Numbered from the stretch's first letter, positions 40,310 through 54,287 are shown. The stretch: DNA of 64,000 nt from Botryllus schlosseri (GCA_051294905.1 CM119373.1:1490001-1554000), one strand, 5' to 3'. Notes: generated by a model from the sequence alone, not told the origin. Numbers and translations are program-made.

Positions 40310-43300
40310 GTGCGTCATCATGAACAATCCGTAATATCCGAGAAAACGTGTCACCCAAAGATTCGAAATTTTTCGTCATCCTACTTGGCCTCAAAAACCA
40401 CGTAGCTTAAAATCGTTCACTGTTTATTCTGGCGCTTACCAATACTCGTCGGAGGTAATTCGAATATTGCAGGCGTTTAGTATTTTGCAACACAGAGAAC
40501 CTTGTATATTTTTAAAATTGTTAACGACGCGACAGAGTAGATGTTATCAATAGAGGAATATTCATGACATAAATCTAACTGGCGAGGCCGTTTTAATGTT
40601 AGATGATGCGGTTCCATGCACCTGTTGTCGTGGCATGTAATTTGGGAATTCTAGACAAACTGTTGCTGGTGGAAATGCGGAAAATAATTTGAAGCTTTTG
40701 GTATGGCGTCCCTGATATACAGTGAGGTAATCGGCAGAAAAGGGCCAATGTTAAATTTAGGATTTTAGGCCGAAAATTGGACACAATTTCATACTTTTAA
40801 GTTGCTTATAAATTTGGGTGGATAGAGTTATGTCAATCACCGATTGTCCAATAGGGAGGTCAGGAAATAACAGCATGTAATAAAGTGACTAATAACAATT
40901 GGCCCACAGCATGATGTATCATTGTATATAACTTGCCCTCAGTTTTCGAAGATACCCCTTGATCAACTCTACTGGTGAATGGGATCACGTGGGCTGAGAA
41001 AGGATTCATGCTTGATAGGAATATGTGAAACTATTAACATTAATGACGAAATTCATCTGTGAATCTGAACAGCTTCTTGGAGGTACATAACTTTAATATA
41101 TAATTGATTAGTATATTCATATTGAAATGAACCCGAATATTTTCGGCTGATACTCGTCAGAGGTAATCGTCAGAAACTAGTAGTGAATTCAAAAGAACAG
41201 CGTATATAATCAATCGTAACACAAAATATGACGTCACCAGCAGCATCAGTGAATCTGAAAGTTTTTCGCACTTCGCGCGATATTACCCGTTCCCATATCG
41301 TGACCACTCGCGATTTCGGTGCGTGTAGTAAGCGGATATGAAATAATCGATAAGTCCGGAGCTTAGCGGAAATGGACATGGATCTCTTAACATCAGTAGT
41401 TGGCGTCCAGCTAGTTCATCGCGACTAAGCCCTGGAATGCTGCCGTATGCTACATGATTAATCGAAATGCGGCCGTGAATAGTAAAAAGATTGGCGACCT
41501 ATTGTTTACACCTTGGAAATGAATTCCAGCTAAGCTTTTCATTTAAGAGAACTGGTTTGTCATGCACTTGAAATTCAAATCATTCCAACTTTTTTTTATA
41601 ATGGTGTCGAAGCATATACAATCTGCCAGCGACTTCAATACTAGATGACAATATGTAACAATATTTTAATAATCTGTAATATGTATTGTGCTGCATCCGG
41701 AAAATTTCGCGATCGGTATTTTTCGCTACATGTCGCTATATCTCCAATCGCAAAACCATGTATTCCATGGAGCCCATTGTAAAATGAAAACATATAACAA
41801 AGTTTCTGTAAGCGCTACAAACGAAACGACCGGCGGGCGGTCATATTGTCAATATATATTATAGGATAATACCCCATGGTATAAATTTAGCCGGCTGAGT
41901 GAAGAAAATCGATTTAGTGTTTGCTGCTTGACTCATATCTACTCGGGATCCAATTTCCTAGTTTTTGATCACCCCGCGGGTCACAGCGTCAATCTGGGTA
42001 TTTAATGTATGTTTAAGTATGTCGTATTTGACGAGGTGAAATTTTCCGATTGAAGGTTAACCGAAATAGCTGAATGAGATTCCGCAAATATCGTGATATT
42101 GTGATTTACAATTCTTTTTTAGCAATTTATGCGTGGCACGAATCAAAACCACATTTATAAATATTTTACTAGAACTGTCATTCCTTGGCAGGGAGTACGC
42201 AACATTTGTCAAAATTATGAGAAGTAGGCACCATAGTCGAATCCACATTTTGGGTGTCATATCAATAAGTATAGGCTATTGATTGCGTCATTGCCCAATT
42301 CAAAATAAAACAGCGTTGGATTTAAATTCACTGGTGTTACAGCGGTGGAGCGTAGCACTACAGTATTCACCATCTTAAATCGGCGATAAAGGTATGGATA
42401 AAGGGATCAAAGATGCAACTGACCACTTGCGTCGATAGAGAAATACCATGTCACGAGCTTATCATCTATTACTACCCCCTTGGACACGCGAAAATTAATT
42501 TTCGCGTCCATGGTTATAACCATGTCACGGCGTTCCGAGTTACTCGGAGTCAACTCGAGTCATTTTCATCTTGTCACCTAGTCATTCCGAGTAATTCTGC
42601 GAAAGGTAGCCTCAAACTCAAAGTCACAATTTTCAGTCTCGAAGCATATAAGGTTCATGTTTTATCATCAAGATTAGGCTATTCCATGTGATTGCAGATC
42701 TTCCACCGCGTGGTAGCGTTTGAAAGTGATGCCATATACGAAGTTTGATCAGTAGTTTTATGTTTTTAGGCAAATTTAAAGTGAATGATAACTTTTCAAA
42801 TCAGACAAAAAGAAATGTTGCACTTAACTGTGGCCAAGTATAGCCTAATTGGATATCCCAAATTTCACGTAGCCAAGCAAAATGTCCTCGTGGGCCGCGT
42901 GTTTGCGGATTACTATTATCAAAACCATGCTGGTGTAAATAAAGAAAAGAATTTCCAGCTTTGGAATGAGGTTACTGGTCTATTGCGAATTAATCACCGA
43001 ATATGAGGCAATACAAAATTTACGATTTTAGACCGAAAAGTGAGCATTTCTCCCCAGACAGGTCTATTTTGTAAGGTTGCTGTAAAATGGAAATTATGAC
43101 GGAGGGAGCTATGTCGAACAATAGCAGAGAAATCTAGCGTACACGAAGTGTGACATAATCCTCATTCTTCACGCGGAATGCGGTCACTAAATGTCGCTAA
43201 AAAGTCGCTACAAATAACGACATGTCAATGCGCGTGGGAATTTGAGTGATTTTGTGCTATCAGGAAACATCATGTCGATCCCCCCCAAAAAATCCTAAGA

Positions 43301-43560
43301 TCGAACCTAACCTAACCCAAGCCAAACTAATCTCTACGCTAATATACTTTCTTCATTTCTGGCCTTCAATAATATCCACGACACATCGCACCCTAAATAT
43401 CTTGACGATTACGTTCCGCAAAGAAAGATAACACTGGTCAACAAAATGAAGAGAAAAATGACAGAACATCTAGGTGGTGTTTCTGGGATTTTCAAGGTTG
43501 CCGATTACTAATATCACATTTGTTTTTCCAGATTGCCTCTAAAAAATAACATGTTTATAC

Positions 43561-45866
43561 TAGGGTTACCATATTTCAGGAACCAAAATTCCGGACACTC
43601 TTTAGCGCCCACAAGTGAATTTCAAAATGAGTTATGACGTCACACTAACAAAGCTTTGCTCATAGACCAGAGGTGGTCACGGTCCGGTTCAGGAGTATGT
43701 GGCTGTGTGTTGTGTAACCGGGACCGAAAGCACTTGTTTTCAGCCCCATCTCGACCAAATAAACAATGATTTTGTGCCCACACTATGGGGTAATCGATGC
43801 AACTTCTGGGCGCGGGGGGGGGGGGGGTGTACTTGCTCTATGAATCTGGTTTCTATATGCATCTGGTCGTTTAATTATTTGAATAAATTCTGTCAATAAT
43901 ATTGGTCGTTCTCTATATTACTATATAGATAAGCCTACTGCTCTCCGCCCTCACGATCAGAGTTACCGGTAGTGCTGGTGGAGGACGATGAAATCGAAAA
44001 TACACGGAGCGTAATTGCACATCGTTAAGTCATGTCCATGTTCTACCTATAAGATTGTTTATCAGCCTTATGCCGGTGCGCACGACGGAGCTTTATAAAC
44101 ACCCCACATCCAGTGGTTTCCAACCTTTTATGGTCGCGACTCCATCTGCAATTTGAAAATGTTCCGTGGCCCAGATCAAAATTTTACGAGCTGATTACTA
44201 AAAGAAGTCACTACCTTTGTCCAGACTTACTCACGGGCTATTTTGGAAGCTGATTACGTTCAACATATTCGCAAACCCCAGAATAAAGGCAAAAGACCCC
44301 CCTCCGTTTGGAACCACTTTCTCTGAATAAAGCATATGAACGGCCTTAACGATCTCTAGGAATATAGAGTTCTCCTATAATTGTGATTACTAGGGCGATT
44401 TTTTTTGACATGTCAAAAAAAGCCAAAATTAGGTCAAAATTGTAGCGTTAGGTCAAAATTTGTCAAAATTGCTTACAAAATCAAACATTTTTTGACCTCT
44501 ACATTTCGTTTGTATCGTAGATTTTGCGCTGTCTGTGAACTTATCATTTGATATTTTACGGCTTGTAGCCTACTTTATAGGCCTACCGTTGTAAACGGCC
44601 CATCGTCTGCTCATTCTGAATCATAAACGGTCAAATGAAACAAATAGTGACATGGTTTTATGGTCAACGTACCGCAATATCCTAACTGAAGCAATACTGC
44701 TTGGGCATTGCATGGTTCTTACATCAAGAAGCGCAAGCTGAAAAATTGTGATATACACAACATTGTCAGAATGAAGCTACACGGTGCATCACCAGCAAGC
44801 AGTGTGCACACAACTTCAGTGTTGTCAGCTAACAACTGCTGCTGTTGAACGTTCTTTGTACATTCTTAGCAAGCTACTTAGTAAGAACAGACACTTTCTA
44901 CCCGAGATAGCGCAGTGATATAATCCGCGGCTGCAACACCAATGGGTATGGGTTCGATTCCAACCGAGGTCGACTTCATAATTCCGATAGCTAAGTGTTG
45001 GAGGTTTACCTAGGCTCCTCCTCGCCATCTCATCCGCGTAAGCGGTGTCTTACAAAAAAGCCTAGAGGTGAACCGTGATATATGTTGGCAGTTACGGAAA
45101 ATAATGAAGAATATCGGCCTGGTGTAAATGACCATAGTAGTTGACAAACACCATGAATACCACAAAACAAACACTTTCTACCCGAGAATGTAGGAAAGTA
45201 TCTTTCGTTGTACTACAACAAATTTTAATTATTCCACCATAATACGTAATGTAACTACTGCAATTCTTCATAGGGCCAGATTTCGTTAAATCACTAGTTT
45301 TTTCATGTAAAAATCTGTCCGTTTTTGAGCCAAAAACGTTCTTTCAAGCCAATCTACTTTGTAAGGACAGACAGTTCCAACCAGAAATGAAGATAAGTAA
45401 TACAATTTTAACATTATGTGCGAAAACACCTCATTTGCATACGTAAGGTCAAAATTTGGTCAAATTTCAGTTTTTTTAGGTAAAAAAAAGTCAAAATTTA
45501 GATTTTTTAGGTCAAAATCTTCCGTTTTTTAGGTAAAAAAAAATCGCCCTAGTGATTACAATTAGGCTTATTCCAGTAAATGAAGGTCGTTTTTATTTAT
45601 ATTTTATGGCAGTTTTTGCGAGGGTGGTAGTCTCCATATTAACATCAATAAATGTGATAGTAAATCGCGCGCAGCGCGAAGAAAAAATCATACATCAGCA
45701 TAAATAGTCCCAAAATATATTGTTTTTATGCTGATTTACGAAAAAAATTATGAGCATACGTCAGAATTCCGGACATTTGGCAAATTTTAGAAATTCCTCC
45801 CGGACGCTAGTTTGAACAGTGAAATTCCGGACATGTCCGGGAAATTCCGGACGTATGGCAACCCTA
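43561..45866. mobile_element. hAT-Tip100-like non-autonomous element
   Basis: TAGGGTTACCATA/TATGGCAACCCTA; perfect TSD GTTTATAC; empty sites at ~24175 and ~55308. Confidence 0.93.
44391..45551 (+). mobile_element. hAT element (TAGGGCG family) with embedded SINE at ~44903-45170
   Basis: TIR TAGGGCGATTTTTTTT; TSD GTGATTAC; SINE flanked by ACACTTTCTACCCGAGA. Confidence 0.95.
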
Positions 45867-46429
45867 GTTTATACCCCTAAAAAGCTTCAAATCACTGTAT
45901 TTACCCTTGAATATTTCACTTGGTAGGAAATAAATGTTGGATTTCTCTTACTTTTATGCTGAGCATAAATATATAATAGACTAGAACACTCATGTCGTTA
46001 TCAGTTATTCCATCAATATTAACATGACCTGATGCGAGAACTTCGTTAAAAAACAGTTTGTCAAGCCAAAAAATTGTTCATTTGCTCGATGGTAATATAT
46101 TTTATCCTGTAACCATCGGTCATTCTGCCAAGAAGAAAGAGGTTTATTAAGCTATCAAATTTGTCCCTTGAAAGCTTACCTAGAATATTCATATGCTTCT
46201 CATCTCTTTTCACTTTTAAATGAATAATTTTCCATGAAGCCAAAAAAGTGAGTATACCAAGTATCAATATCAACATCAAGCGAGACGATCAACTCAGGAA
46301 TCTTTGATGGATCTCAGATTAGAATACGGGCTAATAAGGACAATTTAATATTAAGAAAGGTGCTCCTTGCATGGAATACCTTCCAGGATGTAGCATATAA
46401 AACATTTTGTAAGATCACAAAGCACCCAT

Positions 46430-46640
46430 GTCTGACCGAGGTCGGATCCAGAATTCCCAGCTAAGTGCTAGAGGTTTATCTAGGCTCCTCTTGTTTCACC
46501 TGATCGACGCAAGCGGTTTCTTATAAAGCCTAAAGTGGACCGTGCTATAAGTCGGTAGATACCGATTAAAAAATAAGGTTAGTCGGCCTGGTGTAAATGA
46601 CCATTGTAATCGACAAACACCATTAATAAAGCAAACAAAC
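46430..46640 (+). mobile_element. 5'-truncated SINE
   Basis: Body and 3' end (ggcctggtgtaaatgacca...gacaaacacca, CAAA tail) of the same family. Confidence 0.85.
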
Positions 46641-47761
46641 TATACGCTGAATTTTGTCTGAAAGGTTTAAGAACTACTGTTATAAAGTTTGAACCACACC
46701 TACGGCCCTGTACCAAGGATGATGATTGTCAAGGGTCAAGGCGATCTCGATATGAATTTAGAATGCGATTCATTGACGACAGATTGCCGAAACCTTATAG
46801 CAGAGCGCGCTGTCATGCGCATCATCGATCACAATGGACGGAACTTGTTGTATTGACACTCAATTAACTATTAGTGCAGACAATACAAACAGAAAAAGCT
46901 TTAATGTTAGGCAATTAGGCATGAGATACGTGTTGAGCTCATTTTCATAGTCAGTTGACAGGAAGTCTAAAATGTTTGGAGTACACAATGGTATTGACTT
47001 TAGTCGGAAGATAGGTACACTACGGTGGCATATGTATCAGGAATCTAAATTGACACCTGCTGAATAGTATGCACTGCGGCATCGGATGTTTGGGTTTTTA
47101 TGAACGCCATATTTTATGAAAGGTTTGACAGCGGTAACTATATTTCAGTCTTAAGAGCTATCGAAGAAACTTTTGCATCGACACAAACACACCAATTTCC
47201 ATACTTGTGGATTTGAACAGTTATCCAACATGCCGTGGATCCTGTTCACTCTACCTCCGACTACAACCCTGGATATCCATATTACATGATAACTAACTCC
47301 ATTCTACGATTGTAAATCGTATCAAGTCCGACTAGAAAACTTTGGACTCAGCGACTCGACACTAGCTTCGACTCTTGATATTTTCTTCACAGAAGTCCGA
47401 CTGTGATTGCTGTACTTTGACTCATACATTTTTGTAAACCAAACAAATTATACACTTACTACATTTGAGGTGTTATTAATACCTAGAAAATCAACAAATA
47501 TGTAATTTAATTAGAATAAATTGACGGTTTACTAATTGGTGACGATCTACGCGCATGGAAATGTTCAGTAACTTCAGCGACATTTTGGGTAACCGGTGAC
47601 AAAATTTAGTTTGATCGAGTATCTGGAATCGAAATGTGGCAATCTACGACTCCGACTGCAGCCATATTTTCTGACCACTGCGCCAAAGCACTGAACCTAA
47701 CGAATTTCTGACGACCTTCTTCATAGATTCACAGATACTGATCCGTAGTATAGCACTAGTT

Positions 47762-50465
47762 CAGCGGTTCTCAACCGGGGGTCCGCGAAGCAATTTCAGG
47801 GGGTCCGCGAGACCTCTAAATTTTTAAAATGGTTGATAACCTAATTTTTATTGTATTTTTTTAATTTGAGAAAGCAAGAGGCAGTTTCGCACCAAAACTG
47901 CTAAAACCTCATGACTCATATCATCATAATTAGAGCCCGACCGATATTGGATTTCTGAGCCGATACCGATAAGACCGATATCCAGTACCTCCACCGATAA
48001 CCCCGATATATTCAGCCGATATTCAAAAGATATGGAATCTAGCTCGAGGCCCATATTTAACACATCAGAGCATTTATTTCAACAACTTTACAGCCATTGA
48101 TATGCTTGAACATAAAATATATGATCTAGGGGCTATAAAAATATATCAAAAGCACCAATCCAGCAGTTGCAGATTACAGTTCACGAAGCACTATTTCTCG
48201 CCCCTTTCTCCATGGAGTGAACTTCTGTGGTCTTCCATAAATGATGTATATAGTTCTAAACACAGTGAGCAATCTTTCACTTGGTACCATAATTAGTGGC
48301 ACAGCAAGAATTGGAAATCTTTCACCATTTCGGTTCCACCGCTCCCTTGCAGGGGATCTTTCCTTTCAATGGTTTCACCAAATATTGATATTCTTTTGGC
48401 AGTGCACCTGGAGCCTTCAGCACATCATTAACAAATAGCTGAATAGAATGTGCAAACAACTCAAATTGTCCACGTCTGCAACTGCAACTACTCCACCCAT
48501 CCCCCTTGGGCATTGAGGTGACCATGACCAGCATTTCAATAATCAATTGATCAATATTTTACGCTTTTTGGCAGTATTGGCCAATGTCATCATGGAATCA
48601 AAAATTTTCGTATCAATTATTGACTTTACTCCACGTTTGCTTGATTTTTCTTCCCCTCCATGCTCGCATATTTCCTATCATGGTGGCCCGCATGCCTCAG
48701 TCAAACGACTTCATGGTGCATCACTGGTATAATTAGCTCTGTTGGTACCGAACCAATAGCACTATCTTCAGAGATAGGTTTCGACGCGACGCTTTTCTCT
48801 ATCATCACGAGGGTCAGTCCGGCACGATTGAAGTTCTCATTTCTCATACTGATTGAAATCTTCTGCAGACAACTATCCATCCAGCTGCTCTCTGCCTTTG
48901 GTGATCGATCACTGCCGGGGAATTCCCACGAAGTCAGTGGGGCATAACGGTGGTTAGTTATCTATGATATTTTTCAGATTGGCACGCCTACTGCCCTGTA
49001 TGTAGTATGCACTATATGCAGCTTGGCCATCTATTTTTATAATTTACCGTCCTGACGTCTTCTATCGACTTCTCTGACTCCCTGCCACCATGTTGTGACG
49101 TCACGAAAATGGCCGATATTTTTTTACCTTCAATGGCCGATACCGATATTTCTCTCCAAGCGTGATATCGACTCGATATTATCGGCGAGCCGATAATCGG
49201 TCGGGCTCTAATCATAATAATAATAATCGTCTGACATGAACTATCGCAGTGTGGAAAATCATTTTCATTGCTAATTTTTCAATAACCTGCTGATACAAAC
49301 ATATTGCTGTTTAGAGACGTTTTGTTGAGGTTTGTGGAAAAAATAAAAATACAGAGATAACGTCAATCAGGGTGACTTCGTATTGTTTGCGAAACCTTCT
49401 CGATGCGAAGTGTCAGTCTCATAATATTAGTGAACAGTCGTTTGAAATAAAAATGTCCGAAGTATTTCCCTAATTTGTCCCAATGCAGGGATTAAAACCT
49501 CGCCCCAAAATCCATTTTATCCGTAACCACTATTTGAACAGCTTCTTGGAGGCACAGAACTTCAATATACAATGAATAGTATTGAAATGAACCCGAGTAT
49601 TTTCGACAGACACTCGTCATAAATCAGACAATGATATACCTGCCCTTAAATCTCGGCTATCACAATTGGCACATTCTTATTGCGGATCCCCTATCGACAA
49701 GGCTGGTTTTTTGATGAACAATGAGTGTTTCGTTGCTATCAAAGCATTACGTTCCGACCCTGAAATTCATATCACCAGTTATATTGGTATACAGCCTTGT
49801 CTTGTTAATGTTCAATTGTTCATGGTCGAAAATGTTTGCTCGTAAATATATATGTAAACTCGAACCTAACAAGTCGTTTCCTGACAGTCTTTCTCGGGTT
49901 GGAAAACTTGGATCCATTCTTTGGCGCATAAAATTTGTCTATACTTTTAGATTAGGATTTCACTTTGACGGTAGAAACTCTCTGCGGCTCGCGATCCGTA
50001 TGTTGCCCGTCCATGCGCTAGGTGCTGGACGTGATATATGTTCTTAAAATATATGTTTCTTAATTTTGGTGCCATAAATGTTGCGATAACACCAAAAGTA
50101 TCGTCGGAAGCGTTATGCGTTAATATTGCGTTAGCCTCCATCTATCTTTGCGGAAATGGTTTTCGGCACTCCTCGTTCATATCAAAATGAAGACGCGGAT
50201 TTTCAAGACTCGACCTATCAAGAAATACAGCAGCAAAATTTGCTTTGAAATAATAAAAGTATACCAATTTCTACATAAATGGTATGAGGTTATTTTCAAG
50301 AAAAATCAATATTTTGCTGTTTATCACTAGCCAGTTCATATCTGCACAAGGCAGATGCAGGTTGCACCATAATAGAGCTAAAATTCAACTAAAACTTGAG
50401 GGGGTCCGCGAGGGTCCGTGACGGTCAAAAGGGGTCCGCGAAGCCAAAAAGGTTGAGAACCACTG
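47762..50465 (+). mobile_element. hAT-Charlie/Buster non-autonomous element
   Basis: CAGCGGTTCTCAACC/GGTTGAGAACCACTG; TSD CACTAGTT; frameshifted remnant ASIYLC..GF/SALLVHIKMKTR at ~50134-50200. Confidence 0.92.
47931..49210. mobile_element. Young 1280-bp non-autonomous hAT element, second copy
   Basis: TIR TAGAGCCCGACCGAT; TSD ATCATAAT. Confidence 0.95.
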
Positions 50466-51063
50466 CACTAGTTTGACAGCACATTTGAATGAAGATGACT
50501 GCGTGTGATCGAATCAGCAGAAAGTTGTAACCAAGTCTATCACAAGGTTTGGCGTCATAAGTCAATCTCTCTTTTAAAGTTTTGTCTCGAGCCAAGTCGA
50601 ATCGTTTTCAATTGACCACCGAGTCAAGTACGAGTCCAGGTCAGCCACGAAAGGGTTGACTCCGAGTAATATTGTTTTGACTCGAGTCCGAGTCCAAGTC
50701 AATATGTTCAGTAGGGTTATGACTAGAAAAAAAAATTCAAAATTTTGTGTGTCCTGTAGTCACAAATGATGAGCTTTTGGGTCCTGATTTCAAACCTCAC
50801 AAAAGTTAAGACTGTTTGAACAAAAACCTCCCGCACAAAATTTTTCCAGTTTTCACTGTATGGAGGATAGGCTTTCTTTTGTAGATACAGACTATATAAT
50901 TTATTTATCGACTGATTTGAATTTAACTGACTCAATTCCAATTGCGAAGATTTAAAATAGTATTTTGGTACATTTTGACCGCCCAGATTGAATTATTCCT
51001 ATCGTGTTCTCGCTTACAGTCAATATTAAATAATTATTAAATAATTATTAATTCCTATTTTAG

Positions 51064-52332
51064 ATGTAGACTGTATATATCGTATAATTTCAATTTGTCT
51101 GGCACAAATCAAACTGGATGTTCGAAAAGGCGAAAGTAGAACAACTCTAGGCATTTTCAGCGGTCTAGAAAACCGCTTAGAGGAATATGATGTACAGGAA
51201 AATTTGAAAATCTCATATATCATATGTGACACCGTAGCATCTGTTGATACTAGACGGCAGAATGGGCGTTGTTTCGAAACTGCGAAATGCAATGATGAGC
51301 ATGGGTTTTCATATCCCTTGCCAACATCATATTATCGATTCTTAAAGCATATATTAGAGTTCTTCGATCCAACATCTTCAAGAAATCCAACTCTCAGCTA
51401 CAAATTTGGAGATGATGTGGAAAAACACTACGAAAACTAGGTGCAATCCACCAAGCACGAATTTCAGATGAAAATATTAGAAAACCAAGGATGTAAGGAT
51501 GATTTTAAGTTTATCTATGGCATGGGCAGAACATTCCGTTCTTTCAAAGAAAATAGTATAGATTACTACTGATCAAATGGCATAAACTTACATCTCTACG
51601 CAATGCGAGAGGGTGCTCAAGGGTTGCGTTGCGTTCTTCCACTTCCGCAGATAGAGAATAACTCTGGAGATACTTATTTATCGCAAATGCGTGTCAGGAA
51701 GACTGGTATTCTAACCAGATGTCTAAGGATGGAATATACTAGAGCCCGACCGATTATCGGTTCGTCGATAATATCGAGACGATATCACACTTTGAAAGAA
51801 TTATCGGTATCGGCCATTAACGGCAATTTGCGTGTGACGTCACAACATGGCGGAAGGAAGCCAGAAAACTATAATCTTTGATCGCTAGACTGAAAATATT
51901 GATATATTTCATATAGCTTACACTTTACAGGTGTCCAGATGCAGCCTTTCTAGTTCATTTCATGTTCAAGTATAACAATGGCTGTAAAGATGTTCAAATA
52001 GATGCCCTCTGAAGATTTGAAAATGTGCTTATGTATACATCCAACTTCTTTTGAATATCGGCTGAATGTATTGGGGTTATCGGCTAAGGTGTGAGATATT
52101 GGTTTTATTGGTATCGACCCAAAAATCCAATATCGGTCGGGCTCTAGAATATACCAAAGATCATTTGCTGCTATCTATGCGGGCGAATGTCCTGCAGCGA
52201 TAAAGTGCCCCAAAACCCCATTTGAAGTCGGATATGTCCGTCGTAGATGTCCCTGGCACTAACATAATAACAGAAAGGGAGGTCAAATTGATGAATGAAC
52301 TTTACAATAAGTGGAAAAGGACATATATTTGA
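51064..52332 (+). pseudogene. Large decayed coding exon (~284 codons), unknown domain, split by a MITE
   Basis: ttcctattttag acceptor; after removing the MITE and one TSD a single frame runs to TGA 52330-52332 with only three internal stops (51438, 51570, 52201). Confidence 0.72.
51740..52146. mobile_element. 407-bp hAT MITE (TAGAGCCCGACC family)
   Basis: Perfect TIRs; TSD GAATATAC. Confidence 0.95.
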
Positions 52333-52706
52333 ATATTAAATTTGTAGCAAAGAATATCTTTGAATTTTAAATTTTTTCCATATTTGGACCAGTGTCGAAA
52401 ATTTGATGTTAGTTTGTGCGGGACATTTTTTTCGATTTGAACAAAATGATTATGATTTTATTAATTTATACCAAAATGTTCATCAATTCCTGCTACAGGC
52501 GAAAATTTTTTTTTTTAGTCATAACCCTAATGTTCAGGCTCACGGTTCATTTTTCAGTGCAATCCGGCTCAGCTCATTTTTTCAACTCTGCTGTTACGAT
52601 AGAATGGCTCACATTCATAATATAATAATTTTCCTCACTCGTAACAGTTTCAAGCCCTATTTCCGAGTATCGGGACTGATAGATGAAATACCAATAATGT
52701 GATAAC

Positions 52707-53882
52707 TAGGGCGATTTTTTTTTGACATGTCAAAAAAAGTCAAAATTAGGTCAAAATTGTAGCGTTAGGTCAAAATTTGTCAAAATTGTTTACAAAATCA
52801 AACATTTTTTGACCTCTACATTTCGTTTGTATCGTAGATTTTGCGCTGTCTGTGAACTTATCATTTCATAATTTACAGCTTGTAGCCTACTTTATAGGCC
52901 TACCGTTGTAAACGGCCCATCGTCTGCTCATTGTGAATCATAAACGGTAAAATGAAACAAATAGTGACATGGTTTTATGGTCAACGTACCGCAATATCCT
53001 AACTGAAGCAAGACTGCTTGGGCATTGCATGGTTCTTACATCAAGAAGCGCAAGCTGAAAAATTGTGATATAGACAACATTGTCAGAATGAAGCAACACG
53101 GTGCATCACCAGAAAGCAGTGTGCACACAACTTCAGTGTTGTCAGCTAACAACTGCTGCTGTTGAACGTTCTTTCTCCATTCTTGGCAAGCTACTTAGTA
53201 AGAACAGACACTTTCTACCCGAGATAGCTCAGTGGTATAATCCGCGGCTGCAACACCAATGGGTGTGGGTTCGATTCCGACCTAGGTCGACTTCATAATT
53301 TCGATAGCTAAGTGTTGGAGGTTTACCTAGGCTCCTCCTCGCCACCTCATCCGCGTAATCGGTGTCTTACAAAAAAGCCTAGAGGTGGGCCGTGCTATAT
53401 GTTGACAGTTACGGAAAATAATGAAGAATATCGGCCTGGTGTAAATGACCATAGTAGTTGACAAACACCATGAATACCACAAAACAAACAAACAAAACAA
53501 ATACTTTCTACCCGAGAATGTAGGAAAGTATCTTTTGTTGTACTACAACAAATTTTAATTATTCCACCATTATACGTAATGTAACTACTGCAATTCTTCA
53601 TAGGGCCAGATTTCGTTGAAATACTAGTTTTTTCATGTAAAAATTTGTCAGTTTTTGAGCCAAAAACGTTCTTTCAGGCCAATCTACTTTGTAAGGACAG
53701 ACAGTTCCAACCAGAAATGAAGATAAGTAGTACAATTTTAACATTATGTGCGAAAACACCTAATTTGCATACGTGAGGTCAAAATTTGGTCAAATTTCAG
53801 TTTTTTTAGGTCAAAAAAAGTCAAAATTTAGATTTTTTAGGTCAAAATCTTCCTTTTTTTAGGTCAAAAAAAAATCGCCCTA
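52707..53882 (+). mobile_element. hAT element (TAGGGCG family) with embedded SINE at ~53220-53500
   Basis: TSD GTGATAAC; highly similar to 44391-45551, including the SINE position. Confidence 0.95.
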
Positions 53883-54092
53883 GTGATAACTTCACTATTC
53901 TTCGAATTTACAATGAAATGTCTGTCTTGGCCATCCTAGTCTCTAGTCATATAGCTTGGTTTGATTCATGCTCGGGTCCAAGTCGAGTCAATACAAAAAC
54001 TTTATGCATTTGTGCATTTGAAAAAAATGACTCCAGTCAAATCAAGTCACCAAAAAATCACGAATCGAGTCGGACTCGAGTCGAGTTATGAC

Positions 54093-54287
54093 CAATATTC
54101 TGTCTAAGCTGAGCACGTGCGCGAATCCGCAGTGCTGACCCGGTCTCTGCGCACAGAAATCTAAGTTGCGCACAAAAAAAATCCGAAGTGATGAACTTTT
54201 TTTTAGTCGGTACGCACTGTTGTCCAAGAGTCTGCGCAGTGATTTGGTGAGTGTACACAGACTCGTCAAAAATTAGAGGGAACATTG
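54093..54287. mobile_element. Blackjack-like MITE
   Basis: Relative of 1079-1271; near-TSD GTTATGAC/GTCATGAC. Confidence 0.85.

Larger units (their letters stand above)
43432..46430 (+). mobile_element. Decayed Chapaev3 copy, host of a multi-level nest
   Basis: TAA|CACTGGTCAACAAAATG left end; GIFDGSQIR-like remnant near 46297; colinear with 24100-24860 and 55178-55995. Confidence 0.8.
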
